Origin: Rebecca billardiae RCC1528
Lineage: Eukaryota > Protista > Haptophyta
Assembly: GCA_965240325.2 (NCBI GenBank)
Contig: OZ251249.1
Span: forward strand, 992,001-1,056,000
Reading direction: 5' to 3'
Length of the DNA: 64,000 nt
Position numbers and translations under genes: made by a program. The notes below the pieces were generated by a model. That model did not search any database. It had not been told where the DNA came from and saw only the letters and a list, made by a program, of their open reading frames with translations. Below, piece by piece: positions 46,681 to 58,091 of the stretch. Within the stretch, counting starts at the first letter, position 1, and each line of letters starts with the position of its first letter.

Positions 46681-49600
46681 CACAGCGCAAGATTTCGGAA
46701 AAGATGTCGTTACGGGCCCCCCCCTGCACCCGCCCGCTCGCGGAAATTCAGCATGGCGACGCGCGGCGCGCTGAAGGGCGGGGAGCGTGCGCGCGCAGTC
46801 CCAGACTACCCCGACGAATTTCCCCGAGCGTCTCCCCATCGATCCAAGACACCCCGCCCTGCCCACAGCTCGAGATCGGAACAGGTGCAGTTGAGGTCGC
46901 GTGCCGCGCGGGCGGCTCGGGCGCCAGTGCGCACCTTTTTTTATGGATGGCCACAGAACACCCTTCTTCCTCGGTGAGGAGGCCATGCACGGCAGCCACA
47001 GGTGCGTATGCATTCGACTGAAGCCTGATCCGCAGCCGGCTGCTGCTCCGAGCACGCACGCCGCTCGAGTTTGGAGCTGCGCGGCAAGCACTTCTACTCC
47101 GAGGCGATGATGCCAGGCGTGTGGGGTCAGATCACTGCGATGGCGCGCGAGGAGGGCGGCGACTAGGCGTCGCCGCCCGGCGATAACGGCGGAAGTTGTT
47201 GCGGCCCCGCCTCTCGCGGCCCCGCCTGCAGCACTCCGCTTACGGCGTTCGTGTCCGCCGCCCAGATCGAGCCCTCAGAGCGGATGCGGCTCGACGCCTC
47301 ACACGGCGGGTGCAACCTGCAGCGCCGCCCCGCATGACCCAGCTGCCCGCGCGGCAGCTGCCGAGACCACGTGCCCGCGGCTCGACCCCTCCGTGTTGAC
47401 CGCCGTCGTGTCACTACCGCCGCCTGGCCGTGCCGACTGCCCGCTGCTCTCACCCTTCCACCTCCCTGCTGCCCGTGCAAGCCGGAGCTCGCCACCAGCT
47501 GCCCGCACTCGTCGACGAGACGCCGATCGCTGGCCCGGCCCATTGCTCATCGCCCGCCGCCCGCACGTCCGCGCCGCGGCGCCCGCCGCACGGCACGCAG
47601 CTCTCGGCGGCAAGCATTGCTGCCGTGGACGGCAGCGCCGACCTGCTCGCGATCCACGTTGCCGAACTGTCGGAGGCGAACGTGCGCAAGAGCTGCGAGC
47701 TGAGCGCCGTGCCGAGACTCGAGAAGCAGCTGCACGCGGAGCGCGCTGCAGCAGCCGAACGGACGGCGGCGGCCGCCGAGACGATGGCTGCACTTAGGGT
47801 GCTGCTCGGCGTGGCCGAGGCCAAGTGGCGCGCAGCCTCGGCCGATGCCGCCGCGAGCAAGCCTGCTCGGCAAACCGCTGCGTTCGCGCTTGCCGCTGCT
47901 GCTCGGCGTGAGGCGCGCGCGCACGTGGCCGAGCGCGCTGCCGCGCGCGAGGAAGGCGCGGAGGAGCTTGGGCGGCTCGAAGCGGACCTGGCTACTGCGC
48001 ACGAGGTGACACGTGCGGCGTGCGGGCGCGCGTCCCAGGCGCGTGCAAGCTCGAGCTCGCGCGCGAAGAACTTGGCGCCAAGCCTCCGCGCACGAGAGCG
48101 CGGCGGAGGCGGTGGCGGCGGTGCGGCGCACGAGCAGCGAGCAGCCGCGCCATCCAGTCGGACGAGCAGTGATGAAGTGCTTCAAAGCTCGGAGTCAGAT
48201 TCACCGTTCACGTCGGTCACGGCCTGCCACGCAGCTGTCGGACTGAGTCCCGGTCCCGGTCATCGTCCGGCGCTGAGTCGTGACTCGCGGCAGCAGCCGC
48301 GCCCGGCGGTGCGGCGCGGTCAGCCCGCGGCGGCCCGCGCGGCTCACTGGTAGCAGTCGCCTGACCAAGTTAGAGTCGTGTTATTATCGACCAGTAGGAC
48401 CGTACGTCGTGAGAGTCATCGCGGAGGCTGCTGAGTCAGCTGCGCCCGACCCGCTCCGCGCCTCCGGTCAGCCTCCGCGCCCGCTGCCGCCTCCGCCGCG
48501 GGGCCGGCCGATCGTCGGGCGGTCAGCCGCGTAGTCCGCGATGAAACTCGACGTCCAACGGCCAACCGGTCCGCGCGCGAGTAACCGCCAAACCCGCCGG
48601 TCAAGTCGTAGTGTGAGCCGTGCTGACTGCGTGACGCCGCGGCCGGGCCCGGGCGCGCGGGTGCCAGTAGCTATACTATAGATACTAGCTAGGCCCCGGG
48701 TGCCAGTAGCTACTGGCACCCGGGCGGTAGCTACTGGCACCCGCGCCACCGGTGACCCGCCCTGCCGCGGCCGCGGCCGCTCGGCCATTGTGACCCGGCG
48801 GCGAGTGAGAGTCCCCGTAGTCAGCTCTCATGATGGCCTCACGCGAGGATCGCGCCGGTACGGACCGCTGCGACGACTGGTGGCGCGCGCCGACTTCTGT
48901 CTGTCTCGTGCAGCGAGCGAGCCGCGGCGCCGGCGGCAGCGGCGGCAGCCGTCGCGCCGCCGACTGCTGCGCTGGCTGCTGCTGCGGCGGCGGAGCTTCA
49001 ACGGCGGCGAGCCGCGCGGCCCGCGCGGTCCGGGCACAGAGCGGCTGAGCTGTGACACGGGATGCCGGACCGTCCCGCCGAGCGGCAACGGTCGTCACGG
49101 GCTGCACGTTGGGCTCGGACACGGCCGTGGTGAGGTTGACGAGAGCAAGTACGACCTCGCCGTTGTGCATGAACTTGAGCGAGATGACCGCGCTGAACGA
49201 GCAGACCAAGTCTGTTCGGCACGCCTCGCAGCGTGCGTCGAGGCCGAGGAAGGCTGGGTTCTCAGGAACGGTACTGCAGGCGACGGTGCACACCGAGCGG
49301 ACGTTCTGCTCCACCACCTCCATACCGCCGAGCGCGACGAACTCGGGCGCACACAGTGCCTCGCGCAGGAACGCAGCAGTCAAGCCGCTTCGGCCCCTGC
49401 CGGTCACGTCGCCGAGTCACGCCGCAGCCGCTCATGAATCTTGCGCACCTGCGCGACGAAGAGGGCGGCGCTGCACGCGGACATGCAGATAGCGAGGAGC
49501 GCGACGTGCAACGCGTTCATCGCCGTCGCCAGAGCGCTACCAGACCCACACATCGCCTGCCATGCCGCCTCGACCGCCTCGCGCGAGCTCCACAAACAGT

Positions 49601-50291
49601 GCGCTTCTGCCGCGCGAGCACGCTCTGCTGTGTGATCTGGTTGGTGTACCGGTGAAAATGCATCGAGGGGCCCTTCGTATGCGGCATTAGACCTCGCACG
49701 TCCTTCTCCCCGCCCTTCTTTCACGCCAAGTGTCTGCGCGCGCGGCGATCCGCGGCGGCGGGCAGATGCGGCCACATGCAGGCGAGCAGCAGAAAGGGCG
49801 CGCGTGCATGGTGAACGCGTCAGATGCAGGATACGCGATGCGCATTTTGGGCATCTACACTCCGATCCCGCCCATCGCCACTTATTCGCCAGACCCGCAT
49901 CTCCAAGGGGCTCGGCGCTGTGCGCGCCTCTCCGCGCGCGAATGTTCAAATCATGGCCGCGCGTGCAAACGGGGTGCAGGTGGACGATGGATGCGGCGGA
50001 GCGATTCCTGCGCCGCGCCGCAAATGCGGGGAACTGTATTGCGCAGCTGAAGCGCACGCACCATCGCGGCCCAGCCAAGCCGCTCGGTCCCAGGCCGACG
50101 CCAGCTGGCGACGTTCGTCGCGCGATGGGCGATTTCGACGACATCGCGACGCTCTCGACCAAGTCGACTCCGGCCGTCCGCCGGCCGCGTCCAACTGCCG
50201 GCGAGGGGGGGCCACTCGGCGGTTATCGATTTTTTTAATGGGTTCGCCGAATTAGCTTACGGTCGTGGCTGGCGGGCGATCCTGCGCTGTG
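46681..50291. mobile_element. CACTA/EnSpm-like non-autonomous element, 3.6 kb, carrying gene-like fragments
   Basis: Termini CACAGCGCAAGAT and ATCCTGCGCTGTG (12/13 inverted match), flanked by a 2-bp CA duplication. Internal decayed ORF-like segments at ~47620-48200 (+) and ~49090-49640 (-). Confidence 0.55.
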
Positions 50292-50594
50292 CATCGGGGA
50301 CGCAATGCTGGACGTATACGACTAGTAGTCCGCCGGCTCCGCCGCGCTCCGGGCCCGGCGCATATATCGCGCTGATGAGCGCGATCGCGGCGGATTATTC
50401 CGCGCGATATCTGCGGCTCTGCTCGCTAACTACTCGCGGGGGACTCCCGCGGACCAGACCCCACTCGTCACACCGTACTCTCAGACAGGCGGCGCCCGAC
50501 GTGATCACTGCTATCCGCGCCGCCGCCGCGGCAGCGGCCGCAGCAGCGGCGCGCCCCACCTCGCGCGAGGCGGCGGGCCGCAGGGCCACGGCGC

Positions 50595-51804
50595 TCAGCT
50601 CGCGACGTAGCGGTAGGCGAGCGGTCCGAGCGGCAGCGAGAGCAGCGCGCACGCCTGCAGCAGCGCGCACGCCTCGAGCGCCCACAGCCGCCAGCCGCGC
50701 ACCGAGAGCAGCCACGCGCACAGCGTGAGTGCCGCGCACCCCTTGGCCAGCATCGACCACACCGAGCGCGAGCGGAAGTGCGACTCGGAGGCCGGGTCTC
50801 GCATGAGCATCTTGGAGGAGAGCATCGGCAGCGTGCTCACCATCAGGGCGCCCACCGCGCACAGCCACGCGCCCGCGGCGGCGCGCGCGCACGGCGCGCC
50901 GCCGCCGAGCCCGCCGAGGAGGAGCGCGGCGCCGCGCGCGGCCGAGGCGTGCGCGCCGCACGTGAGCGCGCTCGCCGCGCTCGCGCACACGCCGCCGCCG
51001 CCGCCCGGCGCGGCGGCGGCGGCGGCGAGCGCGGCCGCGCGCAGCGCGAGCACGATCGGCGCGACCGCCATCAGCGCGCCCTGCGGGGCGGGCACGCCGC
51101 GGAAGAACTTGGCGCGCGAGATGTACGTCGTGGCGAACGCGTCGCGCCGCTCGTCCTGCGCGCCGCCCAGGTCGAGGTGCGGCGCGGAGAAGGCGTGCAC
51201 CGGCGCGGCGCACGCGCCCACGGCGCCGCCGCCGCCGGCCGCGCCGGGCGGCGGCGCGGGCCGCAGCGTGCCCACGTTGAAGCGCGCGAGCCGGTACGCG
51301 GCGCAGAAGACGTACGCGAGGCAGCAGCCCCACAGCAGCCCGTCGAGCCACTCGCCGTCGCACCCCGCCGCCGGCGTCGCGCCCGCCGCCGCCTGCTCGG
51401 CGTCCCAGCGCGTCGCCCACGCGTGCACGATCAGCGCGGGCGCCTGCGCACACGGCGCGCGGCCGGGCAGCGGGGCGGGGCGTCGGCGCGGGCGGCGCGC
51501 GAGCGGGCGCGCACGAGTCGCGCGACGGGGCGCGCGCGGCGACGGCGCGCACCGCGCCAAAGTCGACGAGGTCGCAGAGCGAGTCGAGCTCGCCGCCAAA
51601 CTGCGTGACCGCGCCCAGCCTGCGCGCGACGTGGCCGTCCAGCCCGTCGCACACGGCGGAGACGCCGAGCCAGAAGAGGGAGGCGGCGAACGAGCCGCGC
51701 GTCGCCTCGCGGATCGCGGTCATGCCGCAGCCCAGCGCCGCGAGCGTGAGCAGCGAGGGCGCCACCAGCGCCAGCGACGACGGCGCGCTCGGCGGCGGCG
51801 CCAT
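50595..51804 (-). CDS. pssA: CDP-alcohol phosphatidyltransferase, PssA/CHO1-type phosphatidylserine synthase-like; intron 51552-51444
   Basis: PSLLTLAALGCG; DGLDGHVARRLGAVTQFGGELDSLCDLVDFGA|APAL (family signature DGxxARxxxxxxxxGxxxDxxxD); CAAYRLARFN; FFRGVPAP; LMVSTLP. Confidence 0.9.
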
Positions 51805-52077
51805 GCTGGTGTCGATTAAAAGGACACGACGAGCAGGCGGGGTACTTACTTTACGAAAAAGAAGCGCTCGACGCGCTCCCTATTATAATACTGCCGCGAG
51901 GCGGCCGCAGCCAAGGGCGGTAGGTACCGCAGCCCTCGTCCAGGCCTCGCAGGCGGACAGCTGAACGAATTTTTCCGGCGGCGCTACCATCGGCGACGGC
52001 TTCATGCGGGCGGTGACAGTTGGCGGGCGTCAATCTCGCCTGCCTGAGCTGTGTGCGTCTCTTATTCTTAGTAAACT

Positions 52078-53195
52078 GCAGTCATGTTGAAGCACCCCCC
52101 CCATGTCCTTCTTTCTGTGGGGGGGGGGGGTGCACCCTGCTCGAAGGGCTGATGGGCAGCAGGGGGGGGGGGGGGGGGGCAACCTGCTCAAGCTCAGGCT
52201 GGCGGGCTGCAGGGGGGGGGGGGGGGGGGGGGGGGGGGGGTGCTCGCACCCCGATTGAGCAGGCCCATTGGGTGCTGCGGCAGGCGCGCGCCGCGGGCCC
52301 GGGCAGGCCGTCGCAGTGCAGGAAGTGGTCCCAGAGCTCTGCAGAGCGCGCCTGCGGCGCAATGACTGGCCTTCATAGCAGTAGTCTTCATCACCCATCC
52401 GCCATCTCATGATATCCGCCTAAGCGGGGGCCATCGCGCCGAGCGCACCGCGCGTGACTCGTGTCGGCGCGGCCGACCGTGACGTCTACGGACTGCTCGG
52501 ATTCGGACGCTCGTCACTCCCAACTGGGAATCGGCCGCCGACTGCACGAGCGGCACCCTGCCTAGGGCGGTCGGCGCGTCGCTGCTCGCGACGCACCTAC
52601 TCCGAAGCAGACGCCCCTCGCCGGCCCGCAAGCTCGGCCACCATGCCACCGCGTGGCGAGCGCAACCGGTTGCGCTCTGGGCTGACCAAGCCAGCAACCG
52701 GGACGGCGGCGCGGACGCCGCGCCACCGCGTCCGCCTGCCGTCGCGGTTGGATTGAGCACGGACCGTAGCACGAAGGCACGTGGCGTGCCAGCGCGCTGC
52801 CAGCCCACCAGCGCTCTCCGTTGCACGTACGCGCACAACGCACGCTTGGCCGGGCGCCGGGGGCCGTGGGGGAATCCAGCGCCGCCATCGTCTCGCTCGA
52901 TCAGAGCGCGCGCCTTCGGCTATGCTGTCCTCATAGAAAGCACGCCAAAAAGGGCCAAAAAATTTCTTCGCCTCGGGCCTGCGGGGCCCCGGGGGAGGCC
53001 CCCCGGACCCCCCGCTGTGGGTCCGGGGGCTGGCGCCCCCGGACTTCCGGTGCAGGGGGGGGGGGGGGGGGGGGGCTACCACCTCGGGGCCGGCGCCAGA
53101 CGCTGCAGGGGGGGGGGGGGGAGTTGCAACCTGATCAGACTCAGAAGGCCCCACAGATGAAGGACACAGTGGCAGGGTTACAACATCATGACTGC
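52078..53195. mobile_element. 1.1-kb non-autonomous TIR element with an 8-bp TSD (hAT/Mutator-like; superfamily undetermined), containing poly-G tracts
   Basis: TIRs GCAGTCATGTTG and CAACATCATGACTGC. The left TSD AGTAAACT is at 52070-52077. The right TSD is split: AGTA at 53196-53199 and the complete AGTAAACT at 59509-59516. Confidence 0.7.
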
Positions 53196-53449
53196 AGTAT
53201 TCTGTATTACCGTCCGGTAGATCCGATCGGGTACAGGGGTTGCCTGGGGCCGCAGACGTCACGGGGGGCGGGCGGCAAGGCAGCGCACGCCCAAAGACTC
53301 ACTAAAGAGGCGCAGCGTCAGGTGCCCACGACGGCATGGGCGGCGTCGGCCGGCGCGGTCCCCAGAGACGCTGCGCCCTGCCACCGGGCTGGCCCCCGAA
53401 CGCACGCTGTCAGCGCCAAGCGCGTGTCACGTCGGTCAGGGGGCGGCTC

Positions 53450-55543
53450 CCGGGAAGTAAGTGCAAGGCGCGGGCCCCGCACCCAACCAAGGAGTCTTTA
53501 AAACCCCACTGGGGAGGAAGGCAAGTGGACCCATGTTCTTGTACGCCGCGGTTCCAGAGTCCGCGGTGCTTTGGAAGCCTGGTCACAGCAGTGGCTTTTA
53601 TTTGTCCGGAGATCGTTCAGAATAGGCGTTTCGGCTAGAAAATCACCACTGAAGCCTGCGAAATCACCGGACTTCAGAACCGCGGCGTACACGGATATCC
53701 CAACTGCAACAGATAGGATCTGATCCTATGGCATAGGATGAGTTCACCAGAGCGCCAGCGGCTCAGTTTTGCGCATACGATCATCGGTGTTGCTATATCG
53801 TACACACAACTCCACCGGCTGTCGACACACACCATCTCCGCCTGCCGCCACTGCCACGGCGGTCGCGCGCGCGCGCGCGCGACCGCGCGCGCGCGCGCGA
53901 TCCTATGCCATAGGATCCGCGCCAGGGACGGCTACATAGGATCGGCATGACAGCGTCAGTTGCTCGCCCCTGGCAGCCGAGCGGCGACCCTGGGCACGGA
54001 CGGCGCCGGCGGGTGCTCGCACCGGATGCCCGCGCTGCCGCCCGCACCGCCGCCCACGCCGCCAGGCGCGTTGCTGCCCGTGGCACACCGATTCTGGGGC
54101 GGGGCGAAGAGAGGGCAACCGCCATCGTGCGTGCGGCCACGGACCTCCCACGATGGTGGCGGCCGTCCTTGTGGACCACGAGCCCACGAATCCAAGAGCG
54201 TGCGGGTCGAGCGTCGCGTAAATCGACTGCGGCACACGCATGGCGTGTCCACAGGTGCGATACCATCCACGCACGCGGCATGGCAAGATGTTCCGGCGGC
54301 TACTTCCGAGGCTTGCTCTACATGCGCGCCGATGCTCGATCGCAACCACCTGACGACGCGACCGACCCGCAGCGGCTTGCGCGCGCAGCCCCGCGGCGTG
54401 ACGTACAATGCCGGCGAGGACCAAAACGCATTGTGGATGAACCTCGTACGGCTCCGGTCGAACACAGTGAACCACGATGTGTGAGCATCAAGCTGGGTGT
54501 CATCTACAAGTGCCACATGTCGGTCGGCGTTGCCGCCGTGGAGTCGCAAGGCGGCAGCGACCGCGACGGCTTCACGCGCTCCATCCGTGGAGCCCAAAAC
54601 ATGCGGTGGTGGTCGAAAATCACAACAAGCTCGCTCTGGCGGATGGTGGCGACACTGCTACCGACCCCTAGGTGCAGTCGTACCATTCAGCAACATGAGA
54701 AAATGTCGTCTGCTGAGTCGTCCCTGGGGCCATCCTATGCCATAGGATTGAATCCTATGGCAGATAGGATCGCAGTGGGATATCCGTACAGAACATGGGA
54801 CCGAGCTCGCACTGGGGGCTTCCTCCCCAGTGGGTTTTTAAAGACTCCTTGACCCAACGGCCCGCCCCCGTAATCTCGGGCGCGGGAAGCCCCGGGAACA
54901 CCCGAAACGCCACAGCAGAGCGCCGAACCGAGTTGGTGCCCACGCCCTTTGTGGCGAGCCCCAGCGCGCGGCACTCAACGCGCAGCCACGCCAGGCCACG
55001 CCGAATACGTGACGGCGCGCCCAGCGTCGTCGACAAACAGCGGCGCCGCGGAGGCGGTGGGAGGCCGATGCGCGAGGTAAGCCGCCACCGCACGAACCGG
55101 GCAGAGCGGCGAGTCCGAGATGGAGGGGAGCAGCAGCTCCCAAGCCTCTTCACCAGGGTGGTGCTTCCAATTTCGCACGAGGATGTACAGGCCGCGCGGC
55201 GAGGAGGAGACGTCGCAGCCGCGCAAAAGCTTCCACGGCGCCCAGCGAGACGCCGAACCGGACACCACCGTCTCCGATCGCACCACCGTGAAAAGCTGTA
55301 CCAGCAGCATCGCGAAGAAGTGCGTTGTCTCAGAGCGAGTGCGGGCCGCCGCCGCGAGCACCGCCGGCGACAGCGCGACCGGACGGGCACGCTCCCGCCC
55401 GCCCGTTTGGCGAGTAGCCCGGTGCCACGAGGTGGCTGCGGGCCCCGACATCCGCAATCCGGGCGGCCAGGTCCGACCGGCGAGCTGAGCCGCCACCAGT
55501 GCACAGCGGAGACGTACTGCTCGATGGAGCCCGCGGCGTAACC
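53450..55543 (-). pseudogene. DIRS-type tyrosine recombinase, frameshifted and interrupted by the P-like element
   Basis: YAAGSIEQYVSAVHWW (N-terminal SAM-like domain); FFAMLLVQLFTVVRSETVV (catalytic R); ILVRNWK; LCPVRAVAAYLAHRP...PLF; TNSVRRSAV (HxxR box, H>N); GRW at the insertion point. Confidence 0.8.
53488..54851. mobile_element. P-superfamily-like non-autonomous DNA transposon, 1364 bp
   Basis: 33-bp TIR CAAGGAGTCTTTAAAA(C/A)CCCACTGGGGAGGAAG (fits CANRG). 7-bp TSD ACCCAAC at 53481-53487 and 54852-54858. Repeated subterminal ATCCTATG(G/C)CATAGGAT palindromes. Confidence 0.88.
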
Positions 55544-55632
55544 CGCTTCACACCGAGATGCAACGCGAACCGCTATCAGATCACCAGTCCTGAGATCACA
55601 TCCTGAGATCAGATCACAATGATCTGATCTCA

Positions 55633-56921
55633 CCACCCGTTCCAGAAAGGCGATTCGTTCGGACATGGTCCGGGAGCTGATACGGTCGTGACACGACCGT
55701 ATCAGCGCCCGGACCACAGTGGGAGCACGCGGGGGGCCGCGGCAGTTGAGAAGGGGCGGGGGCGGGCGGGCGACGTCGACGTCGCGGCGATCCACGCGCT
55801 CTGCTGTCGAGGAGTTGCTGTTTGCGCCGCGCGCCGCGCTGGCGGGGCGGCCGGGACCCACGCGCGCCTTCGAACCCCCGGCGCCCGCGTGCTCATCGGC
55901 TTCCTCCGCCTGCGAGTAGCCCACGACCGCGCCCGCCGCGCTCTTTGAGTGGGTTGACCGCGCCCGAGCCTGCTCGCCGCCGAGCGCAGGGATGAGTTGA
56001 GCACGGCGCGAGGCGGCGATCGCGATCGGGCGATCGCATGAGCCCATTTGGGCCCCATCTGCCACGGCGCGACCGCTTCAGAATGCGTATGTGACCCCAC
56101 TTGTCATGGATGTCGGGTAGCGGGCGAGCACTGTTGGCCAGCGTGTCCGCGCGCGCCGCGCCTGTGCAGGGCCAGACGGGTCGGAAACACATCACAGTTG
56201 GCATCAGGACATGCTGATTACCGTGTATTGCCCAGCGTGGGCCAGCAAGGGCATGACCTTCACTGCTCTGCCAGCTCGCAACGTGCGTCAATGCTGACGG
56301 CAACTCTGGTCGCCAGAAGAACTTGCTTGAGTTCTCGTCGCGAACACGGCAGGCGTCGCATAACTACAGATGCGGACCAATCGTGCCAGCCAGTTTGCGT
56401 AGTGCAGACATCACGAGACGCCACGGAGCGGCATCCGACCCGTATAGCCTTGCGCGAGCGCGCGCGCGCGCGCGGACATGCTGGCCGACAGTGCTCACCT
56501 GCTACCCGACATGAGACAACCATGACATGTGGGGTCACATACGCATGCTGAAGCGGTCGCGCCGTGGCAGATGGGGCCCAAATGGGCTCATGCGATCGCC
56601 CGACCGCCATCGCCGCCTCGCGCCGTGCTCAACTCATCCCTGCGCTCGGCGGCGAGCAGGCTCGGGCGCGGTCAACCCACTCAAAGAGCGCGGCGGGCGC
56701 GGTCGTGGGCTACTCGCAGGCGGAGGAAGCCGATGAGCACGCGGGCGCCGGGGGTTCGAAGGCGCGCATGGGTCCCGGCCGCCCCGCCAGCGCGGCGCGC
56801 GGCGCCCAAGTCACGTATATCTCGGGCCGCACGTCGGCCACGCGCCACTTGATCGCCATCCTGCCGCCACGAGCCGGGTGCGGGGCGCCTGGAGGCGGAA
56901 CAACACCCCGTGGACGGGTGG
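55633..56921. repeat. Foldback cassette copy 1 (X-A-L-A'-Y), 1.29 kb
   Basis: Terminal IR CCACCCGTTCCA / TGGACGGGTGG. Internal ~340-bp inverted arms (55824-~56156 and ~56461-56805) surround a ~300-bp loop. Confidence 0.85.
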
Positions 56922-57012
56922 CATGGTGTCGTTAAATCATATATAGAATGAGTACGGGTAAGTAGGTAACCAGGTTGAGAACAATGGAATTGATGAGGAT
57001 GGTCCTTGAGGA

Positions 57013-58072
57013 CCGAGGCCGCTCGAGCGACTTCGTGTCAGGCGAGGCAGATCGCGCCAGTGCGAGGCGAGGCAGACGCTCGCCTGCCTCGCCCAGCAGG
57101 CGAGGCAGCTAAGCTAGTAAAGCCGCGGCCGAACTTTACGAAAGCCAAATGTCTGCCGGTGCGCCGCCCGTCTTTTGCGCACGGTGACAAGGGCGCGCGA
57201 GGGCGCTTCCTCACGATCCCGAAGAGCGCTGCGCGCGGCGTCGCGTTGGCGGCGGCAGCGGCGCTGGGGTGTATCTTGCCCATTCTGCGTGGCGGTGCAC
57301 GCTCATGACGCCTCGGCCGCCGCCACGCCATGCGCGACCGGGCGTGTCGCCTTCTTGACGGGCAGTGCACACGCCCTTGCAAGCGCACAGCCGTGAAGAG
57401 CCGAGAGCGTCCGTCGCGCGCACGCCGCCCACGCGGGATGAGGTTTCAGGACTATTCGTATGACACTGAGCGATCGCGCTCTGGCATGTGCGAGCCGTGA
57501 TGACCATGGGTAGCAACTACGATGACCACTGCTCACCTGCATTTCAGCCGATGACATCCTCTCGTTCAGCGATCTTGACTGCTCTGAACGCATGGCGAAC
57601 TCGGCGGAGCGCATGGGGAAGGTGGCTTCGTTGATAACACAAAGCATCCCGCGTGGGCGGCGTGCGCGCGACGGACGCTCTCGGCTCTTCACGGCTGTGC
57701 GCTTGCAAGGGCGTGTGCACTGCCCGTCAAGAAGGCGACACGCCCGGTCGCGCATGGCGTGGCGGCGGCCGAGGCGTCATGAGCGTGCACCGCCACGCAG
57801 AATGGGCAAGATACACCCCAGCGCCGCTGCCGCCGCCAACGCGACGCCGCGCGCAGCGCTCTTCGGGATCGTGAGGAAGCGCCCTCGCGCGCCCTTGTCA
57901 CCGTGCGCAAAAGACGGGCGGCGCACCGGCAGACATTTGGCTTTCGTAAAGTTCGGCCGCGGCTTTACTAGCTTAGCTGCCTCGCCTGCTGGGCGAGGCA
58001 GGCGAGCGTCTGCCTCGCCTCGCACTGGCGCGATCTGCCTCGCCTGACACGAAGTCGCTCGAGCGGCCTCGG
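57013..58072. repeat. 428-bp apparently perfect inverted repeat (57013-57440 / 57645-58072) with a 204-bp spacer
   Basis: Opposite-strand ORFs 57175..57396(+) and 57689..57910(-) translate identically. The boundaries were read directly. Confidence 0.92.
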
Positions 58073-58091
58073 ACCGAGGAGCCCAAGACAT

